Source: a filamentous cyanobacterium CCP2 (lineage in GTDB: Bacteria; Cyanobacteriota; Cyanobacteriia; Elainellales; Elainellaceae). From it: a DNA stretch of 19,831 nucleotides. Positions within the stretch are counted from its first letter, which is position 1; every line of letters starts with the position of its first letter. Under the pieces are notes generated by a model, which was given only the letters and a program-made list of their open reading frames with translations, did not search any database and was not told the origin of the DNA. Shown piece after piece: positions 12,258 to 19,831 of this stretch. The DNA is taken from NCBI GenBank assembly GCA_003003615.1, contig PVWD01000095.1:1-19831 (forward strand), in the 5' to 3' direction. A program made the position numbers and the translations under genes.

Positions 12258-14636
12258 TCAAGCTTTTCGATTAAATTTGGCTTTCAGATCCTCCAAAGAA
12301 GTAGAAGACTGACGAGTTTCTTGGGTTTTCGGTTCTTGCCGCCTGCCGTCCGATCGCTTTCCTTCCTTTTGCTTTGGCTCCTGCCGTTGGGGCCGATCGC
12401 CCTTCTGGGCTTGCTGGACTCTTTGATCTTTCTGATCTCTCTGATCTCTCTGCCCCCTCGCACCTCTCGGCTCATCGGCATTGGGGGAACGCATCGACAG
12501 GCTAATCCGCTTCAGTTGCTCATTCACCTCCAGCACCCGCACCTTGACCACCTGCCCGACTTTGACCACTTGCTTCGGATCACTGACAAAGCGATCGGCT
12601 AACTGGGAAACGTGAACCAGTCCATCCTGATGCACCCCAATATCCACAAAGGCTCCAAAGTTCGCCACATTGGTCACGACTCCCTCTAGTTCCATGCCAG
12701 GTTTCAGGTCGTTAATTTCCTTAATGCCCTCCTTGAAGGTAGCGTACTTAAATTCAGCACGGGGGTCGCGTCCTGGTTTCTCCAATTCCGCCAAAATGTC
12801 CCGCAGGGTTGGCTCCCCGATCGCCTCGGTGACGTACTTTTTCAAATCGGTTTTCTTGAGTCGATCGGCAATTTCGGTAATTTGGGTCAGGGGCACATTC
12901 AGGTCAGTGGCGATCGTTTCCACCACGCTGTAGCTTTCCGGGTGAACGGCGGTGTTATCCAGGGGATTTTTGCCCCCCCGAATGCGTAGAAACCCAGCAG
13001 CTTGCTCGAAGGCTTTGGGGCCCAATTTCGGGACTTTCAGGAGTTGGCGGCGATCGGCAAAGGCTCCATTCTGGTTCCGGTACTGCACGATGTTATTGGC
13101 GACGGTGGGACTGATGCCAGAGACATAGCTCAGTAATTCTTTGGAAGCCATGTTCAAATCCACGCCAACGTAGTTCACGCAGCTTTCCACCGTTTCATCC
13201 AGCTTCTTTTTCAGCAATTTTTGATCCACATCATGCTGATACTGCCCCACGCCGATCGATTTGGGATCGATCTTGACCAGTTCTGCCAGCGGATCTTGCA
13301 GCCGTCGCCCAATGCTGACTGCTCCCCGCACCGTCACATCCTGATCGGGGAATTCCGCGATCGCCACTTCACTGGCAGAATACACCGAAGCCCCCGACTC
13401 ATTCACCATAATCTTGATTGGCTTGCGTTCCAGGGTTTGCAGCACTTCCGCCACAAACTCATCGGTTTCTCGTCCAGCCGTGCCATTGCCGATCGCAATC
13501 AGTTCAATCTGGTAGGTTTCAAGCAGCCGTTTCAGCGTTTCGCCTGCCTGAACCCGTTTGGCATCGGAGGATGCATGGGGAAAAATGGTCTGGTACTCCA
13601 GGAATTTGCCCGTTTGATCCAACGCCACGACCTTACAGCCCGTCCGAAATCCAGGGTCGATCGCCAGGGTTGGCTTCATTCCCGCCGGAGCAGACAGCAA
13701 CAACTCCCGCAAGTTGGCTTCAAAGGTGCCGATCGATGCCACATCCGCCTCTAGCTTCTTCGCCGTTCGCACTTCCCCGATGAGCGAATTTTTCATCAGG
13801 CGGTTAAAGGCATCCTTGATCATGTTCCGGTAAAATTCCCGCATCGGCCGCTGTTTGGTGCGAATCACCTCTGACTCCAGATAGCCCAGCACCGTCTCCT
13901 CATCAAACTCCAGGGCAAAATCCAGAATCCCCTCGGTCTCACCCCGATAGAGGGCAAGGAGGTTATGGGGCGCGATCGCCTTCACCTTTGCCTGATAGTT
14001 GCGGTACATCTCAAATTTGGTCGTCCCTTCCGGATAGTCCGCCTTCACCTGGGAAGCGAAGATACCCGATTCCATCAAGTAGTCCCGCAGATAAGCCCGC
14101 AGTGCCGCCTGTTCTGCCACCTCTTCCGCCAGAATGTCCGAGGCTCCCTTCAGGGCATCCTCCGCCGAATTGACTCCCTTCTCTGCGGAGACATACTTCG
14201 CGGCTTCTGGTTCCAGATCCGCTGCCTGAGCGTTGGGCTGATTCAAAGCCTTGATCCACTCCGCCAACGGCTCCAAACCCTTCTCCTTGGCGATCGTGGC
14301 TCTGGTGCGCCGCTTCGGACGGTAGGGCAGATACAGATCTTCTAGTTCGTTCTTCTGGAGGCAAGTTTCGATCTGATCGCGCAGTTCCTCGGTCAGCTTG
14401 CCCTGCTCCTGGATCGATTTGAGAATGGCAGCTTTGCGCTCCTCCAGTTCCGTTAGATAGGTGTAGCGATCGAACAACTCCCGCAACTGCACTTCGTTCA
14501 TTTCTCCGGTGCGCTCTTTCCGGTAGCGAGAGATAAAGGGAACGGTTGAACCTTCTGCCAGCAGTTGCAGGGCATTTTCCACCTGGAAGGGCTTGAGGGA
14601 AAGTTCGGTTGCCAGCAGTTGAGGAATGTTCAGCAT
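12258..14636 (-). CDS. tex: Tex-like transcription accessory protein (Tex N-terminal, YqgF/RNase H-like, HhH, S1 domains) with a basic low-complexity C-terminal tail
   Basis: MLNIPQLLATELSLKPFQVENALQLLAEGSTVPFISRYRKE... is the canonical Tex N-terminus. An S1 domain (GMELEGVVTNVANFGAFVDIGVHQDGLVHVSQL) is present. The six-frame ORF extends to 14948, but the family-typical ATG is at 14636. The RDQRDQKDQR tail is encoded by short DNA repeats at 12400-12470. Confidence 0.9.
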   Translation of the reverse strand: MLNIPQLLATELSLKPFQVENALQLLAEGSTVPFISRYRKERTGEMNEVQLRELFDRYTYLTELEERKAAILKSIQEQGKLTEELRDQIETCLQKNELEDLYLPYRPKRRTRATIAKEKGLEPLAEWIKALNQPNAQAADLEPEAAKYVSAEKGVNSAEDALKGASDILAEEVAEQAALRAYLRDYLMESGIFASQVKADYPEGTTKFEMYRNYQAKVKAIAPHNLLALYRGETEGILDFALEFDEETVLGYLESEVIRTKQRPMREFYRNMIKDAFNRLMKNSLIGEVRTAKKLEADVASIGTFEANLRELLLSAPAGMKPTLAIDPGFRTGCKVVALDQTGKFLEYQTIFPHASSDAKRVQAGETLKRLLETYQIELIAIGNGTAGRETDEFVAEVLQTLERKPIKIMVNESGASVYSASEVAIAEFPDQDVTVRGAVSIGRRLQDPLAELVKIDPKSIGVGQYQHDVDQKLLKKKLDETVESCVNYVGVDLNMASKELLSYVSGISPTVANNIVQYRNQNGAFADRRQLLKVPKLGPKAFEQAAGFLRIRGGKNPLDNTAVHPESYSVVETIATDLNVPLTQITEIADRLKKTDLKKYVTEAIGEPTLRDILAELEKPGRDPRAEFKYATFKEGIKEINDLKPGMELEGVVTNVANFGAFVDIGVHQDGLVHVSQLADRFVSDPKQVVKVGQVVKVRVLEVNEQLKRISLSMRSPNADEPRGARGQRDQRDQKDQRVQQAQKGDRPQRQEPKQKEGKRSDGRRQEPKTQETRQSSTSLEDLKAKFNRKA

Positions 14637-14686
14637 TTCAGTACAAACAATCGATCGGTTATTTAATGCGCTTGAGTTATCTCTGT

Positions 14687-15403
14687 TCAATCTTGGAGTA
14701 TATCTCGCAATTTTGCTACCATCTCCGTCCGGGCAGAAACCTCTAATTTCCGAAACATGCGCTTTAAGGCTTGTTTGACAGAATTCTGAGTGATCCACAA
14801 CTCTGCACCAATTTCGGCATTGGTTAGCCCCCGCGCCACCAAGTTTGCAATCTGAATTTCTCTGGGAGTCAAGCGTTTCAGAAGTGGATTGGCATTTGCA
14901 AACAATGGTCTGCGTAATTCCGCAAGTCGAGTCGAGAGATGCGTACAAACTGCGCCCAGCATGGCTAAATCCAACGGATCGAATGCAGGGGTATCCCCCA
15001 CACGAGCAAAGTTAACGGTGCCAATTAACTGTCCCTGCCCGACGATCGGCCCCGTCATGATGTGTTCATGATCGTACTCAGAGCAACACCGCTGATAGAG
15101 TTCACTTTGTTTCCAGCCTCCTTCCGGTAGTACCAAGGATTCATGGGCTGGAGCATGATACTGCAACACATATTGCAGAACCGGATCAACAGCTTTGCCG
15201 AATTTTTGGTATCGCTCTACAAAAGTATCTGAGACACCTTGGACATCAACGCTTGCTAGTTGGCTCTCTTCATTCAGCAAATAAATCCCCCAACGCTGCA
15301 CCCCAAAATATTCGCTGACACAATCCATAAACCGGAACCGCAGGGCTTCTTCCGTTGGGGCAGTGGCGATCGCTTGAAAGAAGGGATAAAGGGAACGAAC
15401 CAT
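14687..15403 (-). CDS. LuxR-family transcriptional regulator (N-terminal GAF-like/autoinducer-binding-like domain plus C-terminal LuxR HTH)
   Basis: The C-terminus LTPREIQIANLVARGLTNAEIGAELWITQNSVKQALKRMFRKLEV is a GerE/LuxR HTH. The start may instead be at 15448. Divergent from the DJ-1/PfpI gene. Confidence 0.8.
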   Translation of the reverse strand: MVRSLYPFFQAIATAPTEEALRFRFMDCVSEYFGVQRWGIYLLNEESQLASVDVQGVSDTFVERYQKFGKAVDPVLQYVLQYHAPAHESLVLPEGGWKQSELYQRCCSEYDHEHIMTGPIVGQGQLIGTVNFARVGDTPAFDPLDLAMLGAVCTHLSTRLAELRRPLFANANPLLKRLTPREIQIANLVARGLTNAEIGAELWITQNSVKQALKRMFRKLEVSARTEMVAKLRDILQD

Positions 15404-15522
15404 GTTTGTGTTTAAGGTTGTACTGAAATGGCTGGAAGGTGTACCCACTTGAGGACTATCCGAGGTCGAAGCCTGATTCTACGATCGTTTCATGTTCAGC
15501 CCTTTCAGACAACTGCAAAACA

Positions 15523-16227
15523 ATGGCTAAATTGCAAATTGGCTTTTTAATCTATCCTGATGTTGTTCAGCTTGATGTGATGGGTGCCTACCAAGTTTTC
15601 GCCTTTCCACCCAACACGCACGTACATTTGGTTGGGAAAAACCTGTCTCCCATGACTAGCAATGAGGGTTTGACCCTGGTTCCAACTACAACGCTGTCTG
15701 ATTGTCCACCTTTGGATGTGATTTGCGTTCCGGGGGGCGGCATGGGACAAGTAAAAGTGATGCAAGATCAGGAAATTTTAAACTTCTTGCAACAGCAGAG
15801 CCAAACTGCACGATATGTCACCAGCGTCTGCACAGGTTCCCTGATCCTTGCGGCAGCTAGCTTGTTGCAAGGCTACAAAGCCACTTGCCATTGGGCATTC
15901 CAAGATCAACTGGCAATGCTAGGTGTTGAAGTGGTTCCCCAACGAGTGGTGATCGATCGCGATCGCGTAACAGGTGCAGGGGTAACTTCAGGGCTCGATT
16001 TTGGCTTAACCCTGCTGGGGTTGCTCTGCGGTGAAGAAGTGGCACAAATGACCCAATTGATGATGGAGTATTGCCCTGAACCTCCTTTTAATGGAGGCAC
16101 TCCAGAAACCGCAGGCGAAGAGGTTACGCAAAAACTATTACAGTTTGGCAAGCCCCTGCTCAATGCCTTCCTGGTTCAAACGAGAGATACGGCACGTCGG
16201 CTGAATCTGGAAAGTCATCAAGCTTAG
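15523..16227 (+). CDS. DJ-1/PfpI (ThiJ) family protein
   Basis: ICVPGGGMG and the nucleophile elbow SVCTGSLILAAASLLQGYKATCHW. The ORF can extend upstream to 15439, but MAKLQIGFLIYPD at 15523 is the family-typical start. Confidence 0.85.
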   Translation: MAKLQIGFLIYPDVVQLDVMGAYQVFAFPPNTHVHLVGKNLSPMTSNEGLTLVPTTTLSDCPPLDVICVPGGGMGQVKVMQDQEILNFLQQQSQTARYVTSVCTGSLILAAASLLQGYKATCHWAFQDQLAMLGVEVVPQRVVIDRDRVTGAGVTSGLDFGLTLLGLLCGEEVAQMTQLMMEYCPEPPFNGGTPETAGEEVTQKLLQFGKPLLNAFLVQTRDTARRLNLESHQA

Positions 16228-16433
16228 GATTGGGGATTGAATAACCCTGTGCAATTGTTCTGCTTCGTTGGTCGAGCGGTCACGATGCCCGTTTCAAAGG
16301 GTTTCAGAACTTTCGTCGCTACGACTTAAAGCATGAAATTATCTTCACACGAACCCAGTAATACAACCAGTAATACAATCTGATGCCAAATGACGCAGCG
16401 ATAGGTCGTCCGATCGCCCTGTAGAATCTGGGC

Positions 16434-17270
16434 ATGTACGACAACGTTTGCAAATTTCTTGCCGAAAGCTACAGTCAGGACTTTGCCCAGTGGTTACTCG
16501 GAGAACCGATCGGCTTGACCCAACTCAGTCCCTCTGAGTTGTCCGTGGCACCGATTCGGGCGGATGCGCTAATTCTGCTGGATTCTGAACAAGTGGTGCT
16601 GCATCTGGAATTCCAAACTCGTCCTGATGCCAGCATTCCCTTTCGCCTAGCAGATTATCGCCTGCGGGTCTATCGTCGGTATCCAAACAAGCAAATGCGT
16701 CAGGTGGTGCTTTACCTCAAGCCCACAGAATCAGAGCTAGTGCATCAAACGGTGTTTGAAATTTCAGGAATGCGCCATGCGTTTGAAGTGATTCGCCTGT
16801 GGGAAGTCCCTGCCGCAGAGCTGCTCCAGTTTCCAGGATTATTACCCCTGGCAGTGCTGAGTCGGGCTGAGGATAAAGTTCAGACTCTTCAGCAAATTGC
16901 CCAGCAGATTGACACCTTGCCAGAGCAGGAAACGAAAAGCAACGTCGCAGCCGCAACTTCGGTGCTAGCAGGATTAGTATTGGAGAAGGCAGTGATTCGA
17001 CAAATTTTGCGGGAGGAGATCGTGAAAGATTCGGTGATCTATCAAGACATCCTGGAACAAGGACTCCAGCAAGGACTCCAACAGGGAGCGCAAGCGGGAG
17101 AAGCCACGTTGGTGTTGCGGCTTGTGAAGCGTCGATTGGGTGATCCGGGACAAGAGGTAGAAACACGGATTCGATCGCTCTCGGTTGACCAATTAGAAGC
17201 CTTGGGCGAAGCCCTGTTGGACTTCACGCAGCCAGAAGAGTTAACAACTTGGTTAGAAGACCATGCATAA
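16434..17270 (+). CDS. Rpn-family recombination-promoting nuclease/putative transposase (PD-(D/E)xK N-terminus plus DUF4351 C-terminus)
   Basis: RADALILL...VVLHLEFQ nuclease core; the C-terminal DUF4351-like ...EATLVLRLVKRRLGD...IRSLSVDQLEALGEALLDF. Multi-copy family in cyanobacteria. Confidence 0.8.
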   Translation: MYDNVCKFLAESYSQDFAQWLLGEPIGLTQLSPSELSVAPIRADALILLDSEQVVLHLEFQTRPDASIPFRLADYRLRVYRRYPNKQMRQVVLYLKPTESELVHQTVFEISGMRHAFEVIRLWEVPAAELLQFPGLLPLAVLSRAEDKVQTLQQIAQQIDTLPEQETKSNVAAATSVLAGLVLEKAVIRQILREEIVKDSVIYQDILEQGLQQGLQQGAQAGEATLVLRLVKRRLGDPGQEVETRIRSLSVDQLEALGEALLDFTQPEELTTWLEDHA

Positions 17271-17305
17271 TCAGTAAAGTTATCCGATCAAAGTGTGCGG
17301 GCAAA

Positions 17306-19135
17306 TCATTGATGGATAGAACCAATGACTGGGCCAGCCGAGGCGATCGGATTGGCATGGAGAGGAATCTGCACTGTGAAGGTGCTGCCTTGTTTTTCCT
17401 GAGATTTGAGGTAGATTGAACCGTTCATCAGTTTGACAAACTGGCGGCAAAGGGCCAGCCCTAGCCCCGTCCCACCGGCTCTTCTCTGCATGGAGTTGTC
17501 TACTTGGTAAAAGGCTTCAAACACTTTTCCCTGCTCCCGCAAAGGAATGCCAATGCCCGTGTCAATCACTGAAAAGTTGAGCATGGAGGTTTTTTCCAAA
17601 CTCAGACGCAGAATCACTTGCCCTTTGGCAGGGGTAAATTTAACGGCATTAGAAACCAGATTGACCAAAATTTGATACATCTTGCGATCGTCTAGCAATG
17701 CCGTTTTGAGGCGATCGGGCAAGTGGTTTTCAAAGGTGAGAGAAATGTTTTTGCCAATCGCTCGCTCTCGCATTAAACAGATCACCCGCTCACACAATTC
17801 AACCGGAGAAACAGACTGCAAATCCAACTCCATGCGTCCGGCTTCTACCTTACTCAAATCCAGCAAATCATTAATCAGATTCAGCAAATGCTGCCCGCTT
17901 GTGTGAATCAAGTTAACATACTGCATTTGTTTGGGGTTCAGATCCCCATGAATTTGATCATGTAAGAGGCGGGCAAAACCGAGAATCGTTGTTAACGGAG
18001 TTCGGAGTTCGTGGCTGACATTTGCCAGAAATTCGGTTTTTTGTTGATTGGCAGTTTCTGCTAAAACCAGTGTTGAAGCTAACTCCTGGGTGCGTTGCTG
18101 TACCTGCTCTTCCAGCCGATCGCTATATTGCTGAACTTGGCAATACATTTGGGCGTGTTGAATGGCAATGGCCACCTGATCCGCCACATGATTGACCAAA
18201 TCCACCTCATCGGATTGCCACTGCCGCAGCCGATCGCACTGATGGCAGCAAATAATGCCAAATAGCTGACGATCGACGTATACAGGTGCAAAAATCAGGC
18301 TTTTAATGTTTAATTTTGCTGCACCCGATCGCCAGTCTTTCAGCTTGGGGTCAGTTTGCGTATTGTGAATAACCAACGAACCGTGAAGTAGCTGGTCTGC
18401 GATCGAGTTTTCCTCCCAGGAAAGCGAACCGCCAACCCCTTGCGTGGAAGGACATCCGGACTGAGCAGCGCAATGCGTTACAATCCACTCTGTCTCAGTG
18501 TAGCGAGTAAAACAGCATCGGCTAAGGTGTAAATGCTGCCGAAGTTGCTCAATGGCAGATTCCACAATTTTGTCTAAATCAAGAAATTGGCGAACAATCC
18601 GCGTGATATCGTGCAGCAAAGCCTCACGATTTGCCCGAACTTCTAACTCTTGACGAGTGCCATTCAGTTCACCAAGAGCTTGTTCCAGTTGTGCAACGTG
18701 GCGTTGTAGGTCGAGCTGGGTCAAAATTTGGCGGCCCAGCGAATGTAACGCTTCAATTTGAGACGGATCTAGCTGGCGTGGCACCTGATCTAAAACACAT
18801 AAAGTGCCCAACGTTGCCCCATCAGAAGCAGTTAATGCAACACCTGCACAAAAGCGAATTTGAGGAGGGGCTGTAACGGCAGAATAGTTTGCATAAGCTG
18901 GTTCTGCAAGCGTATCTGAAATGATCAACACGCCGCCGTTTTCCCGAACTTTTGCACTGATTTCCCACTTTGAAGCTGCCTCCAAGTCTAACCCCACCGA
19001 CATCCACACCGGCTGATGATTGTACTCAAACAAATGAATCAGCGCAAAAGGGGTTTGGCAAATTTGGGCAGCCAACCTAACAAGCTCATCCAGGGCAAAC
19101 TGAACCGATCGACTTTGAGTAAGACTTTGCGACAT
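17306..19135 (-). CDS. Sensor histidine kinase with tandem GAF domains, HisKA and HATPase_c
   Basis: H-box ANVSHELRTPLTTILGFARLL; ATPase N, G1 and G2 boxes (LVSNAVKFT, DTGIGIP, GGTGLGLAL). Two GAF-like regions in the N-terminal 350 aa. Confidence 0.9.
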   Translation of the reverse strand: MSQSLTQSRSVQFALDELVRLAAQICQTPFALIHLFEYNHQPVWMSVGLDLEAASKWEISAKVRENGGVLIISDTLAEPAYANYSAVTAPPQIRFCAGVALTASDGATLGTLCVLDQVPRQLDPSQIEALHSLGRQILTQLDLQRHVAQLEQALGELNGTRQELEVRANREALLHDITRIVRQFLDLDKIVESAIEQLRQHLHLSRCCFTRYTETEWIVTHCAAQSGCPSTQGVGGSLSWEENSIADQLLHGSLVIHNTQTDPKLKDWRSGAAKLNIKSLIFAPVYVDRQLFGIICCHQCDRLRQWQSDEVDLVNHVADQVAIAIQHAQMYCQVQQYSDRLEEQVQQRTQELASTLVLAETANQQKTEFLANVSHELRTPLTTILGFARLLHDQIHGDLNPKQMQYVNLIHTSGQHLLNLINDLLDLSKVEAGRMELDLQSVSPVELCERVICLMRERAIGKNISLTFENHLPDRLKTALLDDRKMYQILVNLVSNAVKFTPAKGQVILRLSLEKTSMLNFSVIDTGIGIPLREQGKVFEAFYQVDNSMQRRAGGTGLGLALCRQFVKLMNGSIYLKSQEKQGSTFTVQIPLHANPIASAGPVIGSIHQ

Positions 19136-19349
19136 AGCATTCTACTCAAATAGAAATTCAAGACATGACAGGGTTTTGGGATAAGATTTCCAAGAAAATT
19201 CACAACGCCAACGATAGTATGTGGTGCGTTTGATCCTGGTATTTCTTTCCCTGTATCTTTTTCACTGCAATTCTTTATAGCTTAGCGAGCTGATGAATCA
19301 ACCCTGGAAATTTTCAAGCATTTCTTTAGGACATTACAACTATAAATTT

Positions 19350-19387
19350 TTGTCAAAATAAAGCGCATCTTTAAGCAAAAGATACGC
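19350..19387 (-). terminator. Rho-independent terminator for the 19470..19826 gene
   Basis: On the minus strand: a 10-bp stem GCGUAUCUUU/AAAGAUGCGC (one G-U pair), a 5-nt loop, then UUUAUUUUG. About 80 nt downstream of the stop. Confidence 0.5.
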
Positions 19388-19469
19388 TGGTGTTCAACTG
19401 AATGCTTTCTTCTGGCTAAGTGAGTTTTAAGCCAGATAGAATCGGTTTAATAAAGTTTTTCAACACTGA

Positions 19470-19826
19470 CTAAGCTTGCTGCCAAAGTTCGCGTACACCG
19501 CCCTCAGGTAGCCAACTTGCAATTTCTTGAATTCGCTCTTCAGAAAGTTCATCTTTGGTGGCAGAAAATACAGCCGATACCAGACGCTCTCGATCGACCT
19601 GCTTTGAGAACCCGCCTTCATTGGCAACGCGGAATAAAAAGCGATCGGAATCAATCTTAAAAATGCCTGGGCCTTGCCACGGTGGACGAACCCGGCTCAG
19701 GAAGCCGACGATCGGGTTTGTATCTCTCCAAAGGTCAGCGACTTGCATTTGCAGGGTTTTGTCCTTAGTCGGCAGAACATCTTCATGCAGTTCGCTTTCA
19801 ACGCGATCGGCCGCTTCGGTCGTCAT
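19470..19826 (-). CDS. Hypothetical protein (118 aa), family not recognised
   Basis: Complete ORF with an ATG 6 nt from the window end. No motif recognised. Confidence 0.5.
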   Translation of the reverse strand: MTTEAADRVESELHEDVLPTKDKTLQMQVADLWRDTNPIVGFLSRVRPPWQGPGIFKIDSDRFLFRVANEGGFSKQVDRERLVSAVFSATKDELSEERIQEIASWLPEGGVRELWQQA

Positions 19827-19831
19827 GAGAT

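Noticed and set aside
12284-12481. Short tandem DNA repeats (TGATCTCTC…) suggesting a repeat array
   Set aside because: They encode the low-complexity RDQRDQKDQR basic tail of Tex in frame. They are coding, not a CRISPR or VNTR locus.
12186-14364. Multiple 60-177-aa ORFs antisense to or overlapping the Tex gene, plus 11354..12214 and 10628..11060 opposite XdhC and SDR
   Set aside because: They are embedded in or antisense to long CDSs with strong family signatures. They are proline- and arginine-rich shadow ORFs typical of the other frames of GC-rich coding DNA.

Overview
The window reads as cyanobacterial chromosome. The HIP1 octamer GCGATCGC is very frequent, and there are a pentapeptide-repeat protein, a DUF760 gene, an Rpn/DUF4351 nuclease paralog and GAF histidine kinases. 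Ordinary conserved genes fill the right two thirds (about 8.6-19.8 kb): mutY, DUF760, an SDR oxidoreductase, an XdhC-family protein, Tex, a LuxR regulator divergent from a DJ-1/PfpI gene, an Rpn nuclease and a GAF histidine kinase. The left third (about 1.6-8.6 kb) looks like a mosaic accessory island, and it contains the following. (1) An AT-rich SPFH/Band-7 gene with no HIP1 sites. (2) A roughly 1.85 kb segment bracketed by 71-bp direct repeats, carrying a high-GC TrkA-C membrane protein gene with a strong non-cyanobacterial Shine-Dalgarno, a SnoaL-like fragment, a GATAAC/GTTATCC repeat-rich att-like region and a 46-codon N-terminal remnant of an IntI/XerD-like tyrosine recombinase. (3) An orphan RHH-like gene. 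(4) A co-directional pair, flanked by two diverged copies of a roughly 250-bp small-ORF module: a roughly 490-aa NACHT/STAND-like P-loop NTPase immediately followed by a membrane-anchored pentapeptide-repeat protein. That pair is my best candidate for an undescribed two-gene system, either a split STAND NTPase plus sensor/effector or a defence-like module. No rRNA, tRNA or CRISPR array was found.
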